Of a DNA stretch of 64,000 nt, positions 43,992 to 57,130 are shown in pieces (positions within the stretch are counted from its first letter, which is position 1; each line of letters starts with the position of its first letter). The notes beneath the pieces are model-generated. The model saw only the letters and a list, made by a program, of their open reading frames with translations, searched no databases and was not told the DNA's origin. A program made the position numbers and the translations under genes. The stretch is taken from assembly GCA_951406725.2 (NCBI GenBank), contig OX597832.1, positions 60,264,001-60,328,000 of the forward strand. The letters run 5' to 3'. Source of the DNA: Octopus vulgaris (lineage: Eukaryota).

Positions 43992-44372
43992 GAAGAAAAG
44001 AAAATGGAATTAAAGAATTTGATAATAATTTATTATTAACAAATTAGTCATCTTCGCTTCTTACAGCCGTTTCGATCAATACTCAATAATTTTCTTACAA
44101 ATTTGTACATTAAATTAACATTTATGTGACGCTGGTATAATTGAAACACAGAAACAAAAGATGTACCTTGATAGGCTCACATATAACATTCAAATGCACA
44201 TCTTTCCTTTTGTCTGATGAAATTATACTCATGTCCCATAAATGTAAATTTGATGTAGGAATTTGTAATTAAATCCTTGAGTATTAATTGAAACGGCTGT
44301 AAGAAGCGAAGATGACCAATTTGTTGTTAATAATAAACAATTATTAACTTTCTCATCTCCATTTTTTTCTTC
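43992..44372. repeat. Diverged inverted repeat (arms about 43992-44130 and 44233-44372) containing an extended hammerhead-like fold
   Basis: gtcatcttcgcttcttacagccgtttc versus gaaacggctgtaagaagcgaagatgac; CTGATGA at 44214, GAAAC at 44290, GTA at 44299. Confidence 0.75.
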
Positions 44373-44574
44373 CTTTAAATGGATTCGCCTTGATAGATCG
44401 CTAGCCACTACACATTCTTTATTTTTTCTCTTTGTTTCTTTCTGTGTTCCTTTCTGTGGAAGAGCGTAGGCTTGAAACGTTAAAAACTTTTTCACTTCCC
44501 GAGCGTTATACTAATAAATCTGTTTGTTGTCTACACCACCTATCTTCGTCTTTTGTTTTTTGTGAATTCTCCCC

Positions 44575-44626
<52 letters not shown>

Positions 44627-44914
44627 TGTATGTATGTATATATGTATGAATATATATATATATATATGAATAAATATACATATAAATAAACGCATGTAAA
44701 CCGTGTATGTATGCAAGCATATATATGTGTGTGTGTATGAGTGTAAGTTAAAACTTATTTGGAAATGGATGCGTGACGTTCAATCATATAATAATATATT
44801 TAATACATATATCCATATATACATACGTAAACGTACATACTTAAATATATACGAATATACATACGCATATGTGGGAAGAGGACGTCACAGAAAGTGTACA
44901 TATACGAATGTATA

Positions 44915-45075
44915 AGTTGTGGCGAAAGAGTCAGCAGTTGGCCATTACCTTCTGCCGGAGTCGCGTGGAGATTAGGTGTTTCGCTCATAAACACACACAT
45001 CGCCAGGTCTGAGATTCGAACCCGCGATCTCTCGACCTCGAGTCCGCTGCTCTAACCACTAGGCCATGTGCCTGC
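44915..45075 (-). mobile_element. SINE family D variant, 5' part
   Basis: Minus strand tggcctagtggttagagcagcggactcgaggtcgagagatcgcgggttcgaatctc. Confidence 0.8.
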
Positions 45076-45587
45076 ACATATACATATATATAGGAACATA
45101 CATCTGCATACATACATTCATAGATATACATTCCTATGTAAACAAGGTCCTTAATTCTAAAATTGTTTTCAAATATATGACAAAGGTATCCTCTATGACT
45201 GAGCGTTTTCATTTGATATTTCATCGCGGAAACCACTTTGTTTCGTTTAAAAATACGCAACACGAAACTATGACAAGCTTCTATTTCAAGGCTCTACAAA
45301 GTCATGTCACGTGTTTGTTTATCAATGCTGATTCAGCCCACTTCATTGGCCGTTGACACTCTTGCACTTGTACTGTCTCATTTCTACACGCAATGAATCA
45401 ACATTTAACTAATTACTAAGTACATAAACACACACACACAAACATATATATACATATATATATACAAACGTATGTATATATATATATATATATACATACA
45501 TGTATACATATATTCATATATATATATCTACATACATACATGCATACATACATACATACATACATTCAAATATATCTACATACATAC

Positions 45588-45630
<43 letters not shown>

Positions 45631-45700
45631 GATAGATAGATAGATACATACATACATACATACATACATACATGCATACATGCATACATACATACATACA

Positions 45701-45734
<34 letters not shown>

Positions 45735-46112
45735 CATGTATGTATGTATGTGTGTATGGATGGATGGATGTATGAATGTATATATATATATGCGTGTGTG
45801 AGTGCGTATGTGTGCGTGAGTGAGAGAGAGATTCATAGCCTAGTAGTCAGTGTTGCACTCACGATCTAGCAATCGTGGTTTCAATTCTTAGAACGGGTGG
45901 TGTGTTGTATTTTTGTGCCAAAAACTTCATCTAGAGAAACAGCCAACAACTGATGAAGGGTCTTTCTTTATGCTATTTGTTTTGTTTTCCATGTGTGCCT
46001 TTCGTTGTTCGAACGAATAGTTCATTTTCCATGTACTCGTGTTTCGTACTTTTTGTTGTACACGTCTCATGACGTCCTGTGCCCACATATGCATATATAT
46101 ATATATATATAT

Positions 46113-46260
46113 ACTCTTTTACTCTTTTACTCTTTTACTTGTTTCAGTCATTTGACTGTGGCCATGCTGGAGCACCGCCTTTAGTCGAGCAAATCGACCC
46201 CAGGACTTATTCTTTGTAAGTCCAGTACTTATTCTATCGGCCTCTTTTGCCGAACCGCTA
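46113..46260 (-). mobile_element. SINE family A 3' fragment
   Basis: (tactcttt)n tail plus consensus-like 3' segment, truncated next to the palindrome. Confidence 0.85.
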
Positions 46261-46272
46261 AATATATATTTA

Positions 46273-46386
46273 ATAGAAGGAGCTTCTACAGGACTAGAAC
46301 TGTTTCATTCAAATGAAATCATCAGGAAGCTTCCTGATGATTTCATTTGAATGAAACAGTTCTAGTCCTGTAGAAGCTCCTTCTAT
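46273..46386. ncRNA. 114-bp perfect palindrome encoding a type I hammerhead fold on both strands
   Basis: 57-bp arms centred on aagctt; agcttc-CTGATGA-t-ttc(attt)gaa-t-GAA-acag(ttctagtc)ctgt-A-gaagct. Confidence 0.7.
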
Positions 46387-46500
46387 AAAATAAATTAATT
46401 GACTCTGCTGTGTATTGAGTACCTTATTTACAGTGGTTAACCCCGACTCAACCCGGGACCTATATATATATATATATATATTTATTTATTTATATACATA

Positions 46501-46543
<43 letters not shown>

Positions 46544-46560
46544 ATATATATATATATGTA

Positions 46561-46733
46561 GGCGCAGGAGTGGCTGTGTGGTAAGTAGCTTGCTAACCAA
46601 CCACATGGTTCCGGGTTCAGTCCCACTGCGTGGCATCTTGGGCAAGTGTCTTCTGCTATAGCCCCGGGCCGATCAATACCTTGTGAGTGGATTTGGTAGA
46701 CGGAAACTGAAAGAAGCCAGTCGTATATATGTG

Positions 46734-46789
<56 letters not shown>

Positions 46790-47001
46790 TGTGTCTGTGT
46801 TTGTCCCCCTAGCATTGCTTGACAACCGATGCTGGTGTGTTTACGTCCCCGTCACTTAGCGGTTCGGCAAACGAGACCGATAGAATAAGTACTGGGCTTA
46901 CAAAGAATAAGTCCTGGGGTCGATTTGCTCGACTAAAGGCGGTGCTACAGCATGGCCGCAGTCAAATGACTGAAACAAGTAAAAGAGTAAAAGAGTAAAG
47001 A

Positions 47002-47002
<1 letters not shown>
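46561..47002 (+). mobile_element. SINE family A, full length (reference copy)
   Basis: ggcgcaggagtggctgtgtggtaag...ggttccgggttcagtccc...catcttgggcaagt...(TA)n(TG)n...cagcatggccgcagtcaaatgactgaaacaagtaaaagagtaaaagag. Confidence 0.92.
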
Positions 47003-47048
<46 letters not shown>

Positions 47049-47101
47049 TATGTATGTATATATGTATGTATATATATATATATATACATATATACATATA
47101 C

Positions 47102-47172
<71 letters not shown>

Positions 47173-47712
47173 ACATTATTATATGATTATATGATTGAAC
47201 GTCACGCATCCTCTACCAAGTATATATATATATATTATATGTAGAAAAATACAAACTGGGACAAGAACGTAAAACATTTAGAAGACGATACAAAAAACAC
47301 GGTACAAAAAACATATATATACATAATTTTAAATAGCATTGCAATACAATAGTATCACTTTCCTGTCAAATAAAACACCCTAAAGGTAGAATTACAAATA
47401 AGAAATAGTGGTACTACAGGGCGCCAATGTTTGCTGGAAATAGCAGTTGATAACGATACGACGCTATGTAAAGCCTTGCTGAAATATATATCCGCAAAGA
47501 TGTATGCGTGCAGCGAACTTAAAAAATTTTCGTCTTGCCTGTAGGTAATAAATATATATGCATGTATGTATGTATGTATGTATGTATGTATGTATGTATG
47601 TATGTATGTATGTATGTATGTATGTATGTATGTATGAATGTATGCATGTATGTATGTATGTATGTATGTATGTATGTATGTATGTATGTATGAATGTATG
47701 TATGTATGTATG

Positions 47713-47743
<31 letters not shown>

Positions 47744-48669
47744 GAAGGAAACACAAATGGCACAGAAATGGTATATTACTGGAACCAACCCTACTTATAG
47801 ATGTATATGTGTGTGTGTGCGTGTGTGTGTATGTGTGTGTGTGTATGTATGTATGTATGTATGTATGTATGTATGTATATATATATACCAAATGGGCCAA
47901 CAACTGGGACAAAGGTGATGTGAAACGCCCCAGACTGAGGTAATCAGAAAGACCACCGTGGTGTTCCAGCATGACCGCGGCCGCATAGCTGAAATGAGTA
48001 AGAGATAAAAGGAATAAAAGTATATATATATGTGTGCGTGTATGTGTGTATGTAAAGGTGTATGTATGTGCCAGTGTGTGTGAATTTGCATACGCGTATT
48101 CATTTACGCACATATGCATAAATATACACATGCACATATGTGTGTGTAGTTATACTTCCTTCTGCACATAGCTCTGTGTATTTATACATATATATTATCA
48201 TGCTTTTATGAAGAAAACTTAGAATTCAGGCTCTTACTGGTTTGTACTCTGAAAAATACTCACTAAAAGTTCTAATTTGCTATAAGCAGTATAGAATCGG
48301 GACTCTGACGAGATCATTAATGTTTCTTATTACTATAATGATACCTTTCATACATAGTATCTTTACGGAAAAATATATTACACAACCCCAAACATAAACC
48401 AAGAAATATCTTACGGTGTAAGCCAACATTTAGTTTAAAAGAACACTGAGACATTTAAAATTCAATCTCGTCAATTTTCTCGATGAATTATACATATAAG
48501 ATTTTCAATTTAAGTTATATTAAAGGAAGCCATTCCTATAAAAGTGTTTTTGAAGCTCAGTTATACGTTTTAATTTTAAAAGAATATAATTTTCTCATTT
48601 CCTAATTGTTAACGGATAACCCCAAGCACTTACATTCATAACGGTAATCATCTTTCAAAAGCTTAAATA

Positions 48670-49030
48670 GGCGCAGGAGTGGCAGTGTGGTAAGTAGCTT
48701 GCTTATCAACCACATGGTTCTGGGTTCAGTCCCATTGCGTGGCACCTTGGCTAAGTGTCTTCTACTATAGACTCGGGCTGATCAAAGCCTTGTGAGTGGA
48801 TTTGGTAGACGGAAACTGAAAGAAGCCCGTCGTGTGTCTGTGTGTTTGTGTATCTGTGTTTGTCCCTATCATCGCTAGACAACCAATGCTGGTGTGTTTA
48901 CGTCCCCATAACTTTAGGCTTACAAAGAATACGTCCTGAGGTCAATTTTTTCGACTAAAAGGCGGTGCTCCAGCATTGCCGCAGTCAAAATGACTGAAGC
49001 AAGTAAAAGAATAAAAGAATAAAAGAATAA
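48670..49030 (+). mobile_element. SINE family A, full length, unexpanded internal microsatellite
   Basis: Colinear with 46561-47002; tail (ataaaaga)n. Confidence 0.9.
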
Positions 49031-49526
49031 GGAATATTGCGTAAAAGTCTGACCAGAAAATTAGAGCTTGTTCCAATGCTTTATTGGATTAACAGAGAAA
49101 TCTTTGGTAGTTGATTTTTGATAACATATTCTTATATTCCAGAAACCACAAGAAAATCCAAAAAAAAAATAAATAGATTGTCCACAACACTTTCCAAGAA
49201 TATTTGGTTTTTAGGAGAAGAAAGAAAACCGTTTAAGACCAAACAGTCAATTTTCGAACATACAACTTATTAATCACTGATAATTTATGATCAAACTTAC
49301 GTCAGGATCTTTGCTTAAGCAAAAACTTACACATATTTCAAGATAATCGTAGTTTAAGCGAAGGCTCAGAGATGGAAAGCCACAACAAACAGGGTTTTTA
49401 AGCAATTACTTTGTAATTATATTGCCCTAATGGCTAATTCGAATTCCAATATTTGCTCCATACGTTTGAATATTCAGAAAAAACAAACGTTTATGCACTT
49501 CGGTTTATTCCTCACACACACACACA

Positions 49527-49570
<44 letters not shown>

Positions 49571-49572
<2 letters not shown>

Positions 49573-49732
49573 ACGGCTTCTTTCAGTTTCCGTCTACCAA
49601 ATCCACTCCCAAGACTTTGGTCGGCCCGAGACTATCCTAGAAGACACTTGCCTAAGGTTCCATGTAGTTGGACTCAACCGGGAACCATGTGGTTGGTAAG
49701 CACGTTACTTACCATACAGCCACTTCTGTGCC
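49571..49732 (-). mobile_element. SINE family A 5' half
   Basis: Matches the family A head. Confidence 0.8.
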
Positions 49733-49733
49733 A

Positions 49734-49842
<109 letters not shown>

Positions 49843-49953
49843 TGTGTGTATGTATGTATATATATGTATATATATGGTCCTTTTCCATACCGAAACAGTA
49901 CTTGGTGAAATTTGTTGATTTTATTAAATTAATTATATTTCACCCTTTATCTG

Positions 49954-49993
<40 letters not shown>

Positions 49994-50499
49994 AAACAAT
50001 TGCAGCGTGGAAGGTGTTTATATATATATATATATATATGCACACACATAAACACACGCTCAACACATGCACACTTATTCAACATATTCAACCATCCACA
50101 TGGATATGCACACACACACATATACACAAACATACGGAAACACACAAAGATATTCAACACATGAACATACACACACGTCCAACACACACAAGTTCAACAC
50201 ATACGCACATACAACGCATTTACAATCGCACGAGCATACACACACAACCTGCCCTCACACACACACACAGAGATAATCACGTGAGTCACGTACACAGTAA
50301 AAAATAACCTTTTACACCCACGTGTCTCATCATAACATAAAGAGAAAATATTAAAAAGCCACCCACCACGTCCACCACCACCACCACCACCACCACCACC
50401 ACCACCACCACCACCACCACCGCCACCACCACCGAACCAGCTTATGCATATTTGAAATAGTGATCTACTAGAAGGTTTTGTTTCATGTAATATCACCGC

Positions 50500-50810
50500 C
50501 ATAACTATCCGTTAACCTAATTATAAAGCAGGCTAGCCAAAAACAATAGCCGCAGCTGATCAGCTGTCATCAATTAAGAAGCTCAGCTGAAATCTTTATA
50601 GTATATTTCCGTTATTAATTAACCTAAATCAAATAGTTTTGTTTGGCGTCTGCTATTGCAAAATTAAATGATACAAAAAAAAAAAAAAAAAATGATGGGA
50701 AGAGTGGACCATTCTATTGGTCACAATTATTCCAATAACAAGCTTTGCACAACCTTTCATTTACAAAGTCAGGTTTCGCTAAAACAAAACAATAAGAAAA
50801 AAAACAACGA
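50500..50810. promoter_or_regulatory. Candidate enhancer / conserved non-coding element
   Basis: Unique sequence with three CAGCTG E-boxes (50553, 50561, 50584), TALE-like TGACAG on minus, Sox-like AACAAT, TAATTA and ATTGG motifs; motif presence only. Confidence 0.3.
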
Positions 50811-50979
50811 AAACAAAATATTTTTGTCTTTCTTTCTAAACTAATCTCCCTCTCTTCCTCTCTTCCTCTCTCTCTCTCTCTCTCTCTCTTAACTGTGGTT
50901 TGGACTTTTTGCTGTTCTTTCTAGTATGTAAGGCGACCTGTTAAGCCTCACCTCTTTTGTGTTTAAATGTACACCAATC

Positions 50980-51039
<60 letters not shown>

Positions 51040-51425
51040 GATATGTGTGGGGTTGTATATCTGTATGTATGTTTACATATATATGTTTTTATCCCTATAC
51101 GTGTGTACCTGAACTGACATGTAACGGGCGTGGTCGTATTGGTCTAAGTAAGGCAGACCTTAAAAATCATCAGGAAAGGCACACAGACAGGGAAGAGGTT
51201 AACTATGCATAACCCAGCATCTTTACTCAGGGAGTGTGGGGAAAAAATTATGCGCCAGGGGGAAGACTGAAACATCTTAAGAGGAATTCACCAAAACAAC
51301 ATTGTAACAACTACTGCAAGAGGCGCCCATGTTTTCCACACCTGTTCAAAGTAGTGTAGGTCCTATGTCTCTGCTGCTAAAGCTTAAGTTAACAATTAAG
51401 CATTGGCATAATTTGTTATTGAATT

Positions 51426-51643
51426 AAGGCGGCGAGCTGGCAGAAACGTTAAGCGCGCCGGACGAAATGCTTAGCCGTATTTCGTCTGTCTTTACGTTCT
51501 GAGTTCAAATTTTGCCGAGGTCGACTTTGCCTTTCATCCTTTCGGGGTCGATAAATTGAGTACCAGTTGCGTACTGGAGTCGATCTAATCGACTGCCCCC
51601 CCCCTCCCAAAAAATTTCGGGCCTTGTGCCTAGAGTAGAAAAG
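51426..51643 (+). mobile_element. SINE family B, full length, with 18-bp TSD
   Basis: TSD ataatttgttattgaatt (51408-51425) / ataatttataattgaatt (51644-51661); core gcctttcatcctttcggggtcgataaattgagtaccag resembles the Meta/Sauria-type SINE central domain. Confidence 0.9.
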
Positions 51644-52027
51644 ATAATTTATAATTGAATTGCAACCGCATGTATGTATGTATGTATGTATGTATGTATG
51701 TATGTATGTATGTATGTATGTCTTTCTCTTTTTAATTCAGAGTAAATTTCGACCGGCCATTTACTTGGTAACGAAGTTGTGAAGGAAAGCATCTTTTGTT
51801 CATCATCCTTTAAATCTTAAAGTCTTGCAGGGTTTTGTAGGGCCAGATATCATGATCATTTGCAGTTTATGAATTAAAGAATTGCGTTCTCTCACCAAGA
51901 ACCAAAGTTCAGCCATACTTTGCTCCAAACGTATGCGCGTATGTGTGTTTGTATGTGTGCGTGTCTGCATGTATGTACGTATGTATGTATATATGTATGT
52001 ATGTATGAATGTATGTATGCATGAATG

Positions 52028-52061
<34 letters not shown>

Positions 52062-52067
52062 TGTATG

Positions 52068-52317
52068 TATATAAAATGGAATACAAAAAATGGGACAAGA
52101 ACGCAAAGCATCCAGACAGTTAGATGATACAAAAAAGGGACAGCAAAACATCTAAACAGATGATACAAAATAGGGACAAAAAAAATAAGGATGGGTCATT
52201 CGAAGTTTTCTTTCCTCAGTCGAGTTCCAGATTATCTTTGCAATTTCAGCTGGTTATACTCGAGATTGCTCCACTCTGGCCAGCCCAAGGAAAAACTAAG
52301 CTAAGAGCACTAGATTC
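52068..52317 (-). repeat. Interspersed repeat family E, second copy
   Basis: Reverse complement of 3717-3960; flanked by (TATG)n. Confidence 0.7.
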
Positions 52318-52999
52318 CGTACGTATGTATGTATGTATGTATGTATGTATGTATGTATGTATGTATGTATGTGTATTACGTATAGTCTTTCTTCTTTCTC
52401 TACTAATCCGATTTAATGCCACTCATCTTCTCCTTTATACACAAGTCTAGCAAAAATACCCACCCACCCTGCACGAAATTTAATTTATAGCTTTTTAAAC
52501 AGACTACAGTCAAACTTTATCAAATTTAAATCCAGACGGCCCACCCACGCCTATCCATCCTAACACGTCTTCGTAACGACAGCGTCTCCCTCTTCTTGTC
52601 ATTTATCATCTTACGCTGAAAATTTCCCCCACCCATCCACCGATCCACCCGGTTTAACGTTTAATGTCTTATCTTTATAACTTAAACAAAATACTTATCT
52701 AATTGATGTTACTATTAATGTTTCGTCCCGACAACAATTACGTCGTCTTATATTCTAACCGTTTTACTAAGTCCACACCCATTAATCATGTGCCCACCAA
52801 CGCCGCCATTACCACCACCACCACCTCATCCATCACCACACTCACCACCATTACCTCCACCACCACCTAGAATGGTTTGCTCTTAACCCACAACGCGCCC
52901 AAGCACTTCGGGTACTAAGACCCCCACCACCATCATTCGCTACTAGTACACGTCTTTTCTGTGTTCTGTTTTTGCCACATTTATTATTATTATTATTAT

Positions 53000-53070
<71 letters not shown>

Positions 53071-53164
53071 AAACAAATAATTAGTTTTTATCATAATCAT
53101 CATGATTCTTACAATCTGGCAAATTACAACTTAATTTATTTAACTTCTACGCCTTTAGTTCATT

Positions 53165-53198
<34 letters not shown>

Positions 53199-53447
53199 TA
53201 TACATGTATATGCGCATACACACCCACCCACACACACAAGTACATGCATGCATATATACATTTATACGCTTGTGTGTGTACGTATATCTGTTTGTGTGTC
53301 TTTGTGTGTGCTCTTTTGTGTATGAGTGTTTGTGCGTGTAGGTTGAATCTAGATCATTGGTGTTGTCTTACGGATGAGCGTCACGTCTTTGCCTTATTCT
53401 CCAGCATTTTTTGGGTGAAAATTAAAACAAACACATGGTTTTCTTGT

Positions 53448-53483
53448 CGTCTGATGAAACGGAATCGTGAAACATCAGTAACG
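53448..53483 (+). ncRNA. Minimal hammerhead ribozyme motif, canonical core
   Basis: cgt-CTGATGA-a-acg(gaat)cgt-GAAAC-atca-GTA-acg; all three stems pair but are short. Confidence 0.6.
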
Positions 53484-54140
53484 TTTCGCTAACACTCAGC
53501 TGTTAAGAAATTACTCTGCGGTGGACATATGTGTATATGTTTATCGGGTTACGTGGGGGGTATTCTAGTGTAAGCTGCGTGTATCTTAATTACGGATTGT
53601 ATCAGGGAATGCTTACCACCGGAAAGAAAGAAAATAAATTCATTAACGGCTTCTCAGCATTAATGGTACAATGTCGTTTTATATTTCTCATTGAATAATT
53701 GCAGACTATTTTATCAGTATAAAACCACTGGTACTAGATTATCAATTTACATTCAATTAAGGTATATAGAGCGCACGTGTGTGTGTCTTTGTGTTATATC
53801 GAAAACACGACTATGTTTAAATATGATCGTTTTGTGAGTGCTTTTTTGTATCTGTGTACCAGGCTCTTTTTGTTCGTTAATAATAAAAAAGAGTTCACAA
53901 ATTCATCTTTACCGACGTTTGAAGGTTATCTCAGCCACATCTTCGGGATATAAAGTAGTGTTGCCTTCTCTGCTGCCATTTTTGTTGTGGGGCTGGTTTT
54001 GTATTTATACAAAATCTCCAGCTAGAATTTGACTGTTAAAGTGTCAGAGTACTGTCATTGAATACATATTTGCATGGTTGTATGCTAACTGCAGCCTTGT
54101 ATTACAACATGAAGTCTCGAAGAAACTTCTCACCCCTATG

Positions 54141-54222
<82 letters not shown>

Positions 54223-54720
54223 CATTAACTCATATACATGTGCATATATTCATATATGCATGCATATTAGCATGCGTGCACATATACATGCATATAAATA
54301 AATACATACATACATACACGCATATATATATATATACACACACATACATATATATGCATATAAATACACACATACATGCATATATAATCATACACAACAT
54401 TCGCAAACAGACATGAACAAACATAGATACGTATATGCATGCGTGAATATATACATGCATACACACATAAATACACTGCCATGCATACATGCAAACAAAC
54501 ATACAGCCGACATGTACACTTATACAAGTATACAAATATATACATCCATTCACACACACGTTTTCACATGCATGCATGCATACACATACATGTTTCTGTA
54601 GACAGCGGGTTGTCTTGGCACATCGTAAACTGTGATGTCTAAATTTATAGATCCGTAACGAAATATCTGTCTCTTCTCGTTTAAACACGCTTCTTTGACA
54701 AATGAATGCATGCATGTATG

Positions 54721-54754
<34 letters not shown>

Positions 54755-54863
54755 TGTATGTATGTATGTATGTATGTATGTATGTATGTATGTATGTATG
54801 TATGTATGTGTGCATGTAAGTATGTGTATATATATGTATGTGTGTGTGTGCCTGTACACATAT

Positions 54864-54909
<46 letters not shown>

Positions 54910-55335
54910 GTTATACATGCAAGCGCGTATGTGTGTGAGTGTGTGTGTCGTATTTATGTGTTTTTGTAGGTTTCTCCTCTACACGTATATGATTGCATGC
55001 CTGAATGTAAGTAAGCGTATCTGTGTTTGTACACACACACACATACACACACACACACACACTCATATATATGTATGCATGTATATATGTATGTATGTAT
55101 ATATGTATATATATGTATGTATATGTATGTATATATGTATATAAATATTTATCTATCTATCTATCTGTCAGTCTGTCTGTCTAGTTATCTGTCCATCCCT
55201 CTATTTATCTATCTCTCTATCCATCCATCTATCTATCTATTTATCTATCTATAAATCTATCTCTCTATCTATCAGTCTGTCTATCTATCCAACTATCAAT
55301 CTATCTATCTCTCTCTCTCTCTATCTATCTATCTC

Positions 55336-55393
<58 letters not shown>

Positions 55394-55879
55394 CATCTAT
55401 TTATCTATGTATCTATCTGTTGATGCAAACAAGATAGAACTCAAAATATAATTGCCGACGCACGAAACTCTCGGCCCTTGAGTCACTCTTTTACTGTCTG
55501 TAGCTGTGCGAATATATCTACGCGTTTCTTTGCTTCTTTGCATACATGTATATGCGTATACGCGTCTATGTATCAATACGATTGACAGCGTGCCTGTGTC
55601 TTCTGCACGTATATGATTGTATTTGTCAACGTGTGTAGATGTCCGTACGTGTGTATGTGTTGATGTCCGTACGTGTGAGTATTTCAGTGTCTTCTCTGCA
55701 TGTATGAATACAGACACGTTAGTCTCTGTGTGTGTATGAAAGCATATATACGTGCGTCTCTGTGTATAAAAGTGTATGCCTGCGTGTGACAGCGTGTAGC
55801 TGTGTGTGTGTGTATGCATGTATGTAGGTGTTCGTGTTTGTGAGATCTTTGCGCCATGCTATGGAGCTAGCTATTTCAT

Positions 55880-56540
55880 AATATATTCTCCGACGCATCC
55901 ATATTTTATTACAAATGAATCCGTTCATTTTAAGCTGTGTAGAAAGAAGTAAAGAAAAGGTGTTAGGCTGTTTCAAACAGGACAGGGTCAACCCAGAGCC
56001 ATGCTAGAAGTGTACATTGTTGATTGAGTAGCAGAGGTCGCTAGTTGCAGACAGTAACGTCAAAAACTGAAATATATTCAACAAAACTTGACAATTAACT
56101 CCATTGTCAGACAACTTGTCGTTCTTTCCGTCTTTCTTTCGCTTTGTTGCCTTACTGCTATGCCGCCATTTTGGCTTGCTGGTCTTATCGCTGCTAGTGT
56201 CGCCACCGTTCGCTCGACTAAGCGGCGGTTTATAAATGTAATTATCTCCCTTGGCACATGATATTGACGTGGTCAGTTTTATTGTAAGGGCTCGGTTTGT
56301 GTTGGTGTTGGTGATGGATAGAAAAGGAGCAGGATGGGTTGGCAGCGGATGAGATAGGCTGTGTTCTGTTACGCCGCTGACCGCTGACCATTCACTCAAT
56401 GAAGTCTTTATCATGTCAGGCCTTACATTTCTCTCCAACACCACCATCACCATCACCACCAGCAACAACAACAGCACCGTCCATTGTCCGGCATCGAATC
56501 GATGCTTTTCATTCATTTTGCTTGGTGACTGTCAAGTTGA
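55880..56540. promoter_or_regulatory. Unique, relatively GC/CpG-rich island; possible promoter, 5'UTR or enhancer
   Basis: YY1-like gccgccattttg (56162-56173), several Sox-like CATTGT, TGACGT, TTTATAAA; adjacent to GC-rich triplet repeats. Confidence 0.3.
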
Positions 56541-56559
56541 ACACGGAAAGACATCGTTG

Positions 56560-56932
56560 GTGGCGGTGGTGGTGGTGGTGGTAGTAGTGGTGGTGGTGGT
56601 GGTGGTGGTGGCAGCGGTGGCGGCGGCGGTGGCGGCGGCGGCGGTGGCGGCGGTGGTAGTGATGATGACGATGATGATAACGAAGAGGAAGTCGACGACA
56701 ACGATGACGATGACGATAATGATGACGACGACGACGACAACGACGATAATTATAGTGAGATGCGAAACGATGGCTGGTCTCTATGACGATGATGGTGGTG
56801 ATGATGACGACGATGACTACAGCGACGATAACAATGGCAGCTAGAGCGGCAGAGTGGTGACGAAATAATGGTTGGTAGCTACGATGACGGTGAGGCTGAT
56901 GATCGCATAAACAACAACGACGACGATGATGA

Positions 56933-57020
<88 letters not shown>

Positions 57021-57130
57021 GGTGGTGGTGGTGGTGGTGGTGGTGGTGGTGGTGGTGGTGGTGGCATTGGTGGTGATGGTGGTGGTGATGGTGGTGAAGG
57101 AGGAAGACATGGACGTTGTTGGTAATGACG
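56560..57130. repeat. Compound (GGT)/(GGC)/(GAT)/(GAC) triplet repeats
   Basis: Directly visible. Confidence 0.9.

Noticed and set aside
46113-47002. Inverted SINE A pair around the palindrome as one large fold-back
   Set aside because: Both copies are close to consensus and differ at several sites; independent insertions explain them equally well.
51126-51150. tRNA-like 5' end gggcgtggtcgtattggtctaag
   Set aside because: No B box or cloverleaf downstream.
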